A stretch of DNA of 57,068 nucleotides, counting the filler, from Sphacelaria rigidula (taxonomy: Eukaryota), in the NCBI GenBank assembly GCA_964200075.2. It is 3 parts of 3 records of this genome, joined end to end, with 100 filler letters (N's around TTAATTAATTAA, not from the genome) between each part and the next. Parts side by side here need not be neighbours in the genome. Positions count along the whole stretch, not along the records: positions 19,058 to 38,014 come from CAXNAA020000758.1; 2 more parts are not named here. One strand, given 5' to 3'. Under the pieces are notes generated by a model. That model searched no databases. It was not told where the DNA came from and worked only from the letters and a program-made list of their open reading frames with translations. Below, one piece after another: positions 25,882-38,114 of the stretch (positions are counted from its first letter, which is position 1; every line of letters begins with the position of its first letter). Both the position numbers and the translations under genes were made by a program.

Positions 25882-26242
25882 GTGGTGTCATCCAATTTCT
25901 TCTGGACGTCGGTCTACACCTCTCGGTATATGTGGGCGCACCAGCCGGGGTCACACAGGAGGAAGGCCAACACAGAAGCTTTTTGTTTACGTTTGTTTTA
26001 GTTCTTCACCTTCCTTCTGCGGTGCCGACTTCTATTTATTATCGCGAGGGGGTTTAGCAGTCTTTTCCCCTCGCCAACCGTTACGTCGAATATTGTGTAC
26101 CCACGACATGGTCGTTCTCCTTTGCTCTCCTCAACCACTGTTGGGTATTGTGTGAGAATATTTCCAGATTCCCCCGAGACTCGAGCCCACGACCAAACCG
26201 TACGAAGGTTTCGAGGTTACCAACTGAGCCACCGGGGCGACC
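25882..26242 (-). mobile_element. tRNA-derived SINE, copy 1
   Basis: Minus-strand head GGTCGCCCCGGTGGCTCAGTTGGTAAC (A box) and GGCTCGAGTCTC (B-box-like); ~360-bp body shared with 38551 and 45865. Confidence 0.8.
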
Positions 26243-26576
26243 GGCTGATAAGTATGGTCTACGCTTTGAGAAAGATCCTGACGCGATGTGTGCGAAAGCC
26301 CGTGCAGATTGAGAAGAGCATGGGAGGACGCCGCAGAAGTTCGCGTGCATGGCTGCGGAGAGGTTTCAAAGGAGTTGAATGTATATATTGGTCGGAAAGT
26401 AAGGTGACTAAAGCGGCGACCCGGTATATATGCATTCTGATCTATCTGGCCACCGGTGCAGTGCCGCCCATCCACTTCACAGTATGTAATATATCTTGGC
26501 CAAACAGTACGACGGCAGAAAACGCGGGTGGATATGCTCCTTTTGGTACCCCTCTGGTCCCTAGTGCTGTATTGCT

Positions 26577-27534
26577 CATACCCTGGACAATACAATATGT
26601 TCCCATATGATATCAACACTGTATTTTGGAGACGTCGCAAGTATATTGCTTTCAATATGTTTTGTGTTGAGATGTCCTCAGAGACATTGAAGCAACAAAC
26701 ATGTTTTCTCGTGTCATGATCGTGATGTTCTGCATAGCAATACAAATTGGATATATATTTGCTCCTAGAGCAAAACACTCAATATATATTCTTCATGGCG
26801 GCCTTGTACGCGTTGAATTGTCCGTATATGTTGAGTCGGAGCGATGCGTAACGTATCATTGGCATAATATTAATCGAACATAAACCATGCGACAGTATTT
26901 TGTTTCCACCGTACATTGCACGCGCGCGCTCATCGCATAGCTATCGTGCAGCCAATATATAATATATATATTGGACACGCTCGCGGAGGAATATACTGGG
27001 CGTGTTGGGCATTTAGTGATACATTATTCAACGGCGCCCGTGGACATGGAACTGCCCCCAATACTAATTCCTATACACTTTTCGATGTTCAATTTGACTC
27101 ATCAATATATATTGCTACACCAACATGTGCTGTGACAGTCAGTTCCCTCGTGTATTGTTCGCCCAATATATATTGGACACATTGGCGCACGGCACATTGG
27201 GGCGGCGAAATATATTGGCGCTCCGGGTGTTGAGTATATCGAATCAACAAATACATTGCCCTCGTGTGATAGCCAATATATTGTTTGACAAATATATACT
27301 GCTGCCTTACCGCACTGCATATTACTCGGCCAATATATGTTGGGGTGGCGCGTGTCGTGATATACTGTTTGGTCGATACATATTGCATGTCGCGCGCCTC
27401 GACATATGATTGACGCAATATACATTGAACTGTCTCGCGTGTCACCATAATGCTCGCCCATTATAGTTGACCACCCGACGCGTCGACATATTGAGCGGGC
27501 AATATGTATTATATATGGTATTGTACAGGGTGTG
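26577..27534. mobile_element. Longer non-autonomous element of family D
   Basis: Ends CATACCCTGGACAATAC / GTATTGTACAGGGTGTG; interior rich in CAATAT/ATATTG motifs; TSD not clean. Confidence 0.65.
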
Positions 27535-28400
27535 GAATTTACTCGTGTAGTATCCGTCCTTGGCGCTTATAAGTCGTGGGGCCGACAGATATTTGGAAGA
27601 GAAGCAGGTCGTGCTTAAAACATAGTCGTCAATTAATGTTCCCGGGATGATACAGAGTAAGTTCCTTGTTCATAAGCGGATGTTATCGCCCGTCACTGGT
27701 CCAAAAAACACAATGAATAGTCAGCTCTAGCGCAATGAATAGGTGAAAGATTTCGAAAAATTATTCCTCTTCATGTGTTCGTGAAACTGATTGAATGGCT
27801 TCAATCGAGCAAAAGTACTCAGCGGTCAGAACCTAGGGCTGAGTAATCTGAGGACTCCTAAACACCGGTCACCCCGTAAATTGTTGAATAATGAGCATAC
27901 AGGTGTTTTGTTTCGAAATGTAGAGGGGATGATGAGTATCTCCCGATCACCAAACTCAGGGATCAAATGTTTGCTGGGATGAGTGGTGGCACGTGTATAC
28001 GCACTGTAGTATTCCCGACTCCGAAAGAACTACGAAGATGTGTTGGAACAAGTAGAAGGGAAAGAGGGGGTAAATGAATCGCGACCCCGTTAGCCGTCAC
28101 GTGTGCGCATCCCCAGGTGCTACAAATAACAGCAAAAACAAAAGCATGGAGGCATGCGTTCACCATAGCATCAATGTACCAAGGAATATAGACAATACCA
28201 ACTGGAACCGAGAATAGCGAACACAATTTGCGAAGTATCGACGTTACCTGGCTCACCACACCACACCGAATACATTGCAGTAGACTCTTCTACTATCACA
28301 GCACAATACCACGCCCTGTAGTCTTGTACGGTCTCTAAACTGAGCCGGAAGTCGTAGAAACTGGTTCCTCAAAAGCGGACAAGGGGTTTCGCGCTCAAGA

Positions 28401-28696
28401 CAATGTTTTCGTGGGATTGAGGGTAGAGCGTTGATTGAGAATGGATTTTATCACTCGCTTCAACTCGACCAATTTGTCATTCTCTGTATGCTTTTACTTG
28501 CCTGCAACACTGGCGTGTGCTTACAGCTACTCACCGCTATCCTACTCAGGGATAATCAAGTCTTCAGTGGCAAGCAACTACAGGAACCGTATCGGGTCTC
28601 GTGGAGGGACATTTGGGAACTGAGATGAATCATTAATTAGTTGACCGCTTCTCACTCTCAATCGTACCCTCTCCTCTTCATCACACGAAAACACCG
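28401..28696. mobile_element. MITE family C
   Basis: Inverted ends CAATGTTTTCGTGGGATTGAG / CTCAATCG...CACGAAAACACCG; right-end matches also at ~98-153 and 38121-38167. Confidence 0.7.
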
Positions 28697-31107
28697 CTTT
28701 AACCCGGTGAAAACCAGATTCTCCACCACGTCGCCAGCTATTTCCCCTTGCACGTTGGCGGTTTTCTTCACGCACTCGTTTTCCTTTTCACTCAATACTT
28801 GAATATTCTTTGCTGAGATCCGTGGTTAGATACGAGGAGGAAACACGCGCACACACTGTTGTTGAACAACCGCTTCCGAATCCGCTCCATCTGATTCAAG
28901 AACATCCGTCTGAAAAACGTGTTTCTGGTGGTTGATTCAGATGTTGCTAGAGCAGTTTCTACAATATCTTTCAGAGAGAAGAAGCGTCTGCGATTGGCGA
29001 TTGCCCCCGATAAATTCTGTTCGCCCCCATGCGTTGAGAAACACCTGTTGCCGGGGAAGTCAAAGTTTGTCGACCCAGGGGATCACAAAAACGCCCTCAT
29101 CAAGCATGGTGCGGCCTGCTGTGCAGACGGTACGTACATAAAGATACAGGGGCACACGTCGAGGACATACAATACACAGTGTACGATGCAGCAACGTTAC
29201 ATTGCAGACCGTGCTGCTGTGTAACTGTACATCCAGTACCCACAGGTGTGGCACACAGTTGTTCAGTATATGCATGCGGCACAACCGCAGCAGCATACTG
29301 CAGGGTACGTGCAGTGCTGCCGTGCAGATGCGACAGTGTTGTGCATAGCTACGGACAACGAACAGTACAACGGTCGCTGTTTCGCACGCCAAGTTGCCAA
29401 TTTCAAGTATCCCAGTGGGCGGGCGTACGCGCCAATTTGGTTTCGGAGGAGTACGAAACAGTTTCGAAAACTGCTGTTCTTCGACGAGTGTCACTGGCCG
29501 ACCATTTGCTTAGTCGTCGTATTGAAGGAAGCGGCCTCAATAGCAAGGACTTTAAAGAAAACATGTATGATTACTCCGAGAAATCGAACAATTTGTACAG
29601 AGGGCCACACATGGTACAATTTCCCGCGGGTTTTCTATGCCGAGTTGATTGTGGGGCACGGAGTTCTAATGGTATCTGCACTGTATAGTATGTGTTCTTC
29701 ACAGCACGATATTACGTGGTACGCATAATCTGTTTCACGATACGGAAAGATATGACACGGTAAGGCCACAGAGATTCGCGATACGATTTCAATCATTAAC
29801 AGGGCGTACAAATTTCCGTTTCCGCGGCATGGTAATAGTGTAAAATTTGAAATTTCGTGCGGAAACCACGGGAACGTTCGTACTGAGGAACACATTCCGG
29901 GCAAGAGAGCTTCGCTCGGTTCGTATGCTCTGGCTTGAACTTTCACTCCAAGGCTCACTTCAGTCGTCGGCCAAATAATTGTAGCACCATTATTCATGTG
30001 TTTCTTTGGTTTTTGCGTGTTTTTACGGATTTTTCTGGAGGTCGATCTTTACGCGTACATTTTTTCTCCACCTGTTGTGTACGCCTGTCCCTCCTTCCTC
30101 AAGGTGAAAGCTTTCGTGTGCGTGTCCCCCAAAGCAGCTCAAATGACCATGTTATGATCTCGATTCCTACTTGTAAATTGATACGATGATCGCTTCGTTC
30201 TCGATATTTCACGACATGCCTCCTTCTTCAGCACACCCGTTTCGTCTTACTCCATGGGGGTCTCAGGAACGGCGAAATACTGTTGGATTCGTTATTTCCT
30301 TGTAACGGATTACATCTACCACGGCGTCTTTCTGCACTGGCAATTCTGCGCACTCGTATTCGAGACACGTTTCATTGCCCTGAGCGTCACTCCAGCTATA
30401 CCCCAGATACGGCAGGCACCGATAGCCCGGATTTCCGGGGTGCGTGTTATCTACGGACCTCCGCTTCTCAACAGTTAAGGCACTGTGTGGTATTGTCATC
30501 TGAAGCGACGACACCATGAGCAGGTCGGTTGTGCCTGTCGTACGCACACAAACTGTCCCCCCAGAGCAGCGTGAGTGCCAACCACACCAAGCCCTATGCT
30601 TCCAAACTGCAACACGCGGAAACTGGACTCACGGACCACGGCTATTCGAGTCCCTGGAGATCCACCGCTCCGCACGTTCACCGCATGGCCCGTCCATAAG
30701 CCCTGTCTCGTGTCACGCTAATGGCTTGTGCCGCAGGATATCGCTTGGTGAGAGTATGTGCAAGAGTGCTCATTGCTATATCGAGGTGACGCATCATAGT
30801 GTTTCCAAGCACGACAATCCGCGAGCCCCTTTCCGTTCATCCCGTCCAGTGAATGAGTTTCAGGTATCAGTGTTGATACGCCCCAGGCAAGGGGGACATC
30901 AACGGAGTAACGCCATTTTCTGAGAGTGGTGCGTTTCCACGATCCTCCCTAGTTCGAAGGTGTGTCTTGTTCTAGCAGGTGGTGACGATTTCGATAGATG
31001 TAGGCATAGCTGGCTGTCATCATGCCGCCTGGCTAGTGCCGTATGGCGTGTGCATTAGAATGCACAATCGCCCTGCCAGTGGCCGCCGCCGCCACATCTA
31101 GCGTAAC

Positions 31108-31352
31108 CTAGGGCGGAAGATCTTGAGAGCAGGGCGGTGCGTGTACTGCGCCAAGTTGAGAGGGAAAATCAGTGGGAGCATCCCCTACATCGCCTCGAGC
31201 CACCGCTCGAGGCGCCTTCCTCATATGATTGCCGCGAGGTGGTATAGCCGAGCCTTCGGGCAATCGGCACACGAACTCGCTAGCGATCGCCTGCGATCGC
31301 TTGTGGGGTAAGTGTTGGATTGGGTTACCTCCTTCCACCAAGGGAAAAAAAA
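31108..31352 (+). repeat. A-tailed interspersed repeat, copy 1
   Basis: High similarity to the reverse complement of 44202-44452 (e.g. GGCACACGAACTCGCTAGCGATCGCCTGCG); ends in an A-run. Confidence 0.8.
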
Positions 31353-32064
31353 CACCTAGCGTAGAGCCCCCTTTGCGTACCCACACGGGATGAGGTGGTG
31401 TCTCCCAACAGCATATGACAGTACACTGAAAACGTGATGGATCGGCGTGTGCTTCCCCCGTCCACATCACCATCCGTCTGGTGCAGGCTTTCGGCATTAA
31501 TCGTTTATTTGCTGAGGAATATTTCTCACACGAACAGATGGTTCATCCAACCTGTGTAACCCCCGATTCGAGGTACACAAAACAGAATGATCGCATGCCC
31601 GTCGTGTGTCACACAAATCGGATTGGTGGAGAAGCCACACTAGCGACCTCGACCCTATAGATTTCTGTGCATCTTCGGACATCGACACCCCTTCCTTTGC
31701 TTGGTCCGTGCCGCCACGCTGCGAAAACACGTACAGAGACTACGCTTCTTGTTGGAGGCCTCTTCCCCCCTGTGATGACCCTGCTGTAGCAGCTCTCTCT
31801 CTGTCGCCAGCTAACTCCACGGCTCATTTGTCAGTTCACTCTGGCCCACGTGCCCATATGCGACCGAGATACTATTATGAGGGCTCACCTATCTTTTTCA
31901 TGGGCACGGGCTAAGGTCACCTTTGCTGGTTGATTTATGCAGGGTGCTGCTTGACTGGTCAGCTGGTCTCCGTGGAGGGGTTTGTGGTAGTGCGGATCGC
32001 GGCAGCAGGGGCATCAGCGGGACTACCACGGCTTCGTATTTTCTCTGGTGCAGTCGTGAAGGGG

Positions 32065-33615
32065 ACGCCTAGCGTTTGCACCCATACAAGTTGCACCGCG
32101 AGAGCATCATATGGCATAGCGGGTAGCAGAAAGACGGAGTTCTGCGCCGCACACGCCCGAGCGGGCATGGTCGATGTGAGGAGCAAGCGGTGCAGCAAGG
32201 AGGGCTGCTCCACGTGCCCATCGTTCGGTGCAGCCGGTAGCAGAAAGGCGGAGTTCTGCGCCGCACATGCCCGGGCGGGCATGGTCTATGTGAGGAGCAA
32301 GCGGTGCAGCAAGAAGGGCTGCTACAAACACCCATTGTTCGGTGCAGCCGGTAGCAGAAAGACGGAGTTCTGCGCCGCACACGCCCGAGCGGGCATGGTC
32401 GACGTGAAGAACAAGCGGTGCAGCGAGGAGGGCTGCTCCATGTGCCCATCGTTCGGTGCAGCCGGTAGCAGGAAGACGGAATACTGCGCCGCACACGCTC
32501 GAGCGGGCATGGTCTATGTGAGGAACAAGCGGTGCAGCAAGGAGGGCTGCTCCACGTGCCCATCGTTTGGTGCAGCCGGTAGCAGAAAAGCGGAGTTCTG
32601 CGCCGCACACGCCCGAGCGGGCATGGTCGATGTGAAAAAGAAGCTGTGCGGCGAGGAGGGCTGCTCCAAACACCCATCGTTTGGTGCAGCCGGTAGCAGA
32701 AAGACGGAGTTCTGCGCCGCACACGCCCGGGCGGGCATGGTCTATGTGAGGACCAAGCGGTGCAGCGAGGACGGCTGCTCCAAACACCCATCGTTCGGTG
32801 CAGCGGGTAGCGGGAAGACGGAGTACTGCGCCGCACACGCCCGAGCAGGCATGGTCGATGTGGCAAGCAAGCAGTGCGGCAAAGAGGGTTGCTCTGCAAA
32901 AGCATCGTTTAGCGCAGCCGGTAGCGGGAATGCGGAGTTCTGCGCTGGACACGGTCGAGCAGGTGCGGTTCACGTGAAAAACGAGCAGCGCGGCAAGGAT
33001 GGCCACCCGAACCAGTCATCGGTCGATTCAGAAACGTTCAGCAAGGTTGAGTCCTGTGCCGCACACGCCCGAGCGGGCACGGTCGACGTGGCTCGAAGGC
33101 GGTGTAGGAAGGAAGGTGCAGCCGGTCTCACCACGAATGATGGTGGTTGTGGCGCTGAGTCTCGTCCCAGCTTGCGTGTCATCTGTGTTGGGCGACGGGG
33201 TGCAAATTTCATGACCACGTCGCCTTTCCCCTTTGGACAGCCCTCCGGCGCGGTGGCAGCAGATAGGCTTACTCTAGGTGAGTCAGAGATGCACATGAAT
33301 ATCAAAATGGAAACGACTGTTGCGCCTGCGCGAGGTTTCGAGGGGCTACGAAGTAGCGGACTAGTTGCTGCGCGATCCAGCAGTTGCGACAGCATAAGCG
33401 ACTCCAGCAGGACTACCAGAAGCAGTAGCATCACGAATGGAAGGAACACGAAGCGGGTCCGCCGGACGGCCCAGGTGCTGCCGGCACTTGATGTGGCAGC
33501 CGGGGATGATGTGATGTCTGAAGGCGACAGAACTGACGTGAAGTTAGAACTGAATGTGTCCGCCCCGTCTCGCCGTGTCCGCGGCCTCATCCCGCCTGCG
33601 AAAGATATATATTAA
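32065..33615 (+). CDS. EsV-1-7 cysteine-rich repeat protein (8 intact and 1 degenerate 38-aa repeats, low-complexity tail)
   Basis: Tandem 114-bp units such as CSKEGCSTCPSFGAAGSRKAEFCAAHARAGMVYVRSKR (C-x4-C-x16-C-x2-H...GMV.V), the EsV-1-7 pattern. The frame is open 31930-33615. The start is uncertain: ACG at 32065 precedes repeat 1 and the first in-frame ATG is at 32167. Confidence 0.88.
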   Translation, partial: TPSVCTHTSCTARASYGIAGSRKTEFCAAHARAGMVDVRSKRCSKEGCSTCPSFGAAGSRKAEFCAAHARAGMVYVRSKRCSKKGCYKHPLFGAAGSRKTEFCAAHARAGMVDVKNKRCSEEGCSMCPSFGAAGSRKTEYCAAHARAGMVYVRNKRCSKEGCSTCPSFGAAGSRKAEFCAAHARAGMVDVKKKLCGEEGCSKHPSFGAAGSRKTEFCAAHARAGMVYVRTKRCSEDGCSKHPSFGAAGSGKTEYCAAHARAGMVDVASKQCGKEGCSAKASFSAAGSGNAEFCAGHGRAGAVHVKNEQRGKDGHPNQSSVDSETFSKVESCAAHARAGTVDVARRRCRKEGAAGLTTNDGGCGAESRPSLRVICVGRRGANFMTTSPFPFGQPSGAVAADRLTLGESEMHMNIKMETTVAPARGFEGLRSSGLVAARSSSCDSISDSSRTTRSSSITNGRNTKRVRRTAQVLPALDVAAGDDVMSEGDRTDVKLELNVSAPSRRVRGLIPPAKDIY

Positions 33616-35451
33616 ATTAAGGACCCGTGCACGCCTTTTTCCAGGCTGATGTTCGACAAAGCGTTTGTTCACCGTATCGGTGGTGCACAAGTGGAAATTT
33701 CGCTCAAATCTTTGCGGTGCATATAAGTTCATTCGGTTTCAAGTCGAATGGTGCAGCTGTGTTTGGTCGGTGGCTAGGCAGGCGGAGGCCGTTGAGTCGT
33801 TCATTTTGATGTACGTGTGGTGGCGGATCGTCTCCAGCCGTGTTTTCCGAGGCATGATGAATTTTCAATATGCATATTTTCCTGATTATGCCACTACTTT
33901 TGGCTCGTCACCGCGCAGAAAGGTGCATTTATATCCATGTGCCATACCGCCGCGTCGCAGTGATGCACCTGGTTCATGCAGAAGGGGTCAGGGCGAATGG
34001 TTTCAGCTTGGAGTCCTGGTGGATACGTTTCCTCATATGTATCTGATTTCTCTCTTCAAAAGCGCGAGGGCATGAGTATCCGGGAATATTTGACAACAGT
34101 CGACAAGATGCGGGGGTGCTGATCTCATCGGCGATGCCAAAAAGTTGGGCATGCACCAGGGGAAATATGGGTTGATCCCTCGAGACTTCGAACTCGTCCC
34201 GAGGTACGGGATGGGTTGGGAGTGGGATGAAGAGAAGTGCACGCATTGCGCTGCTCGTGTAACCAGTGTTTTTTTCTCGATATACAGAATGTGATACTGT
34301 AAGTAGCGGCAAGAATGCACAGCTGGAAGGTACATCCCCAGTAGGTAGCACGAGGCTTCGAACTGCTTTGGAATATTGACATGAGATGGTCACGCAAAGC
34401 ATAGTAGCACGACGCACATGCATCATGTTGAACGATAACGCGCAGCTTATTTACGGTTGAGGATATGCGACATCCGTGCCCGCCCGTAAACCTCGCACTT
34501 GTGGGAATATCAAGGTTGTGGGTGTCGTGAGGTTGAAGATCACCCACACTAGGACCGAGTTTCGACTGCAATATGAGTGCTGGAACGGGACAGCTCGAGT
34601 AAACCCCAGGAAGTAAACAAGGAGTTTTTGGCAGTCGACACCTAGATCAAATGATTTGAGCAGGGTAGGAACAAGCCAAAGCCGAGAGTGTTTGCCACAC
34701 ATGATTGTTCTCGTCACTGATACCAAGTCGTTCTCGTGTAATCCATTCGTGCATTGTTCTTACCACAAATGCGATTCTTGCAACAGGCGGACAAACGGTG
34801 TATACCTTCGCCGCCTCCGACCATTTGAACGCGAGATGCCGCACACTGACCCTGGATGTGCCCCCTGGGGACTACGCGACCATCGACTGCTTCGGCATAA
34901 AACACCCCGCTGAACGTCATGAGCAAGGAGTTGTGGGCAAATGATTTTTCGGATCTCGCCATTGGGTATTGTATTCGTGGAATCAGAGGGGCTTCAGAGC
35001 TACGAGCTAGATCGTGGAACTACGAATCAGAGGGATTTATTTTTTCTAGGTTTGACCATTCTTGATCATTCTTGGACCAAATAGCGTTTTTGGCCAAAAT
35101 AAGATCTACGGCGACAGGAGAACGCGAAGATCTCCTGGAACCGCTTCAACGGGCAGAAACGTCATTCCAAGGTGTCAAACTCCGTCTAGCTCTATTTTGG
35201 GCGTAGAACCACTTAAAAGCCCCCTTAAGAGACACTATTTCAGATTATTATTTTTGTCTGTTGTAGGAAGCCGTCTCACTTCATGAACGGAATATTCTCT
35301 AGGTTCACGCATGCTTTTTTCCTATGATATCCTCATCATTGTCCATGTCCAATTTTGTGGTACAACTTTGGATATTCATGTGCGAATGGGCCATTCAAAA
35401 GCCTGACCGAAAATTCGGAACGGAATTTCGCAGGTCACTTACTGGCCCAGG

Positions 35452-35763
35452 TTGTTCAAGAAGCGAACAGTTCACGCATTGAACCAGTAAGCGCTCCACT
35501 GTTTTAATGGGTGAACTGTTCGCTCCTGAACAAAATATATCAACTTCGAGTCTCGGCATGATCGATTGTGGAAGAAACTAGTTGGACATGTGAGCAGAGG
35601 GAGGCTTGCTAGGGGCAAGAGGCCCCGAAGATCACTGCTGTGTCATGCCGGGACGGACCACACAGCATATCGTTTGTTCAGAGAGCGAACAGCTTACCCA
35701 TTGAAACCAGTGAACCAGTGAGCGCTCACTGTTTCAATGGATACACTGTTAGCTTACTGAACA
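35452..35763. repeat. Pair of ~85-bp imperfect palindromes centred on AGCGCT
   Basis: 35452-35533 TTGTTCA..AGCGAACAG...CTGTTCGCT..TGAACAA, with a related copy at 35673-35763. Confidence 0.8.
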
Positions 35764-37570
35764 GAGGTTTGGTACTTATGTATTGAATTTTTGTGTAAGA
35801 CCTCGCTAGGGCATATTGAACCAAAGAAAGGGGGTCAGGTTGATTATTTTTTTCTTTCGTTTAGGGCATTTTAGCATGGTCAAGACGATGTTTCACCAAC
35901 CCTTTGCACGAGGTCGCCCTATTCTCTCGACACAAATGACAAATGCAAGCCCGTTTTTTTTCCCCTTCGGAACGCCTTCGCAGTTTCCTACGGTAAGTTT
36001 CGAGCCAGAATTCTATAAATTTTGGGCCGAAAAACTGAGATGGGGTCCGACAACGTTGTCCATTTTGCGTGAAATTCCCCTGAAACGAGCCATGCAACGG
36101 TAGGGGTACACGTTTTTCACGAAATACTGTCTAGTTCAGGGGCTCTTCACGATTCTAGAAGCACAAGGATATGGGTCAGGGCAGGATATCCCTAGCACAT
36201 TGGTGTAGTAGTCCTGGCGCACTTCAACCTATTTCATAAGTTGTGCTTTGCATTAGATCAAAGTGGTGTTTTGCATGAGATCAAGGGCTCCTACTATTCA
36301 AACCTCAGAAAATAGTTGTGCACCCCTACCGTAGCACCACCTCAAACGAAATAAAAGAACACGAACAACGACACTTTCTACGATAGTCCTTCCCCACCCC
36401 CAAACCAGCCCAAGCTGCGAGCCTTGTCCGGCGAAAACCCGGCGTGCCCCGTCCTGGCTTTGAAGGAGTGCGAGATCGATGGTCGTACGACCATGGCATG
36501 CATGATCATGAGTACACCCCCCCAAATCAGCCCAAAACTATCACGGAAAAAATGTCATACAGCGCCTGATGTTTGGATTCAGGCCACATGAAGCTCCTCA
36601 TATAGGCGACATTGGCGAAAACGAATCCAGGCGTTGGAATCCCCGGCTGCCCAATATGCTCGACTTTTCCCATTTCGATTCACGTGTAGATGTTGCTTCC
36701 CCAAACAAGCCGCTTTTTTGGGAGGAGGGGGGGGGGCTGTCGTGGGAAGTGTTGAACGAAGAAAGTTAAGAAACGCCATTTAATCCATTTCGAGCTAGCT
36801 ATTCTTCATACGAAAGTTCGAAACACAACTATCCAAAACTGAGACGCGATTTCCAGCTTCGGTGCATTCAGTGCATTTAGTGCCCCTGCGCGTAATATAT
36901 TGACATCGGTGCGAAACCTTATTCGCGCCATAACTCTAGGTAGGTGAATTAGGCGGAGGCAAGGGTACCGATCGTTACCCCATGCTCCAGGGAATGTCCA
37001 CGTCAAAACCTTCATCCCACACACTGTATATATTGTTCGGGGTTTCATTGAGACTGTAGTATGGACGCTATCTCCGTATCTTTTCAGAATTACCAGGCGT
37101 ATGATGCTACGGTAGGGGTGCACGAATATTTTGTGAGATCAGAATTATCGGGAGTCCTTCATCTAATCCAAAACACAACGTATGAAGTATGCGAGAGAAC
37201 GCCAAGATTACTATCCCAGTCTGCTGGACATATCCCGAAACAATTGGCAACGGGGATGCCCTGATCCATGTTCTTGTGTAACTGAAATCGTTAGGAGCCC
37301 CTGAAGAAGACATGATTTTGCGGGGAAAAGGGCACCCCCACCGTAGCATTGCTCAGGCATTGGGTTTAACCAATGAGAAGAAATCGGCCAAGATTTTTGA
37401 GCAGATGAGCACTTTCCCCTTGATCTGACGATTCATACGATATGCGCATCACGCGGATCGCAGCCCAACTCATCTGAGTCGATGAGATATTGCTTTGGAA
37501 TCTTGAGCCCGTGTCTAGGCTGGCCCAGCTCGTACCGTGCTTGTGCTACCACCTCAGGCCAGGGCTATCA

Positions 37571-37900
37571 ACACGGGATCGTGCAAATTGGGGATGGATT
37601 TTTCAGTGGAGATAAGAAACCCGGCGAGTTAAAATCTCCGTATCCACACCAAATCTTCGGAACATGGTTTCATCTCTTCACCTGCTGGTAGCATTTGACA
37701 ACTGCTACACTCCATAGAAATTGCGATTTCGATAACCGAAATGTCGGGTGTCCCAACGGACGCCGAAATGGTTCCGAAATCGGCTTTTGACCTGGGACCC
37801 CAACATTTCGGTGATCGAAATGAAAACTTCTGTGGCATGTAGCACTTCTCAAAAGCTATCAGTAGGTGAACAAACGGAAGCATATCCCAAAGATTTGGTG
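37571..37900. mobile_element. Foldback MITE family B, copy 2 (right arm truncated)
   Basis: ACACGGGATCGTGCAAATTGGGGATGGATTT...CGTATCCACACCAAATCTTCG matches the other copies. Confidence 0.75.
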
Positions 37901-38014
37901 TTCATGTGAGTCATCCTACGATAGGGGGGGGGGGTATTTTGGACCATTTGTTGCTCGAAATTTCGAGTCTGACCGTCGTTGGAAGCAGCAACGGTTTTTC
38001 GGTCATGCTCGCTG

Positions 38015-38114
38015 NNNNNNNNNNNNNNNNNNNNNNNNNNNNNNNNNNNNNNNNNNNNTTAATTAATTAANNNNNNNNNNNNNNNNNNNNNNNNNNNNNN
38101 NNNNNNNNNNNNNN
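38015..38114. other. Artificial contig spacer (N44-TTAATTAATTAA-N44)
   Basis: Identical 100-bp construct to the first spacer. Confidence 0.98.

Noticed and set aside
31959-33590. Long antisense ORFs over the first EsV-1-7 gene
   Set aside because: Shadow frames caused by GC-rich tandem repeats.
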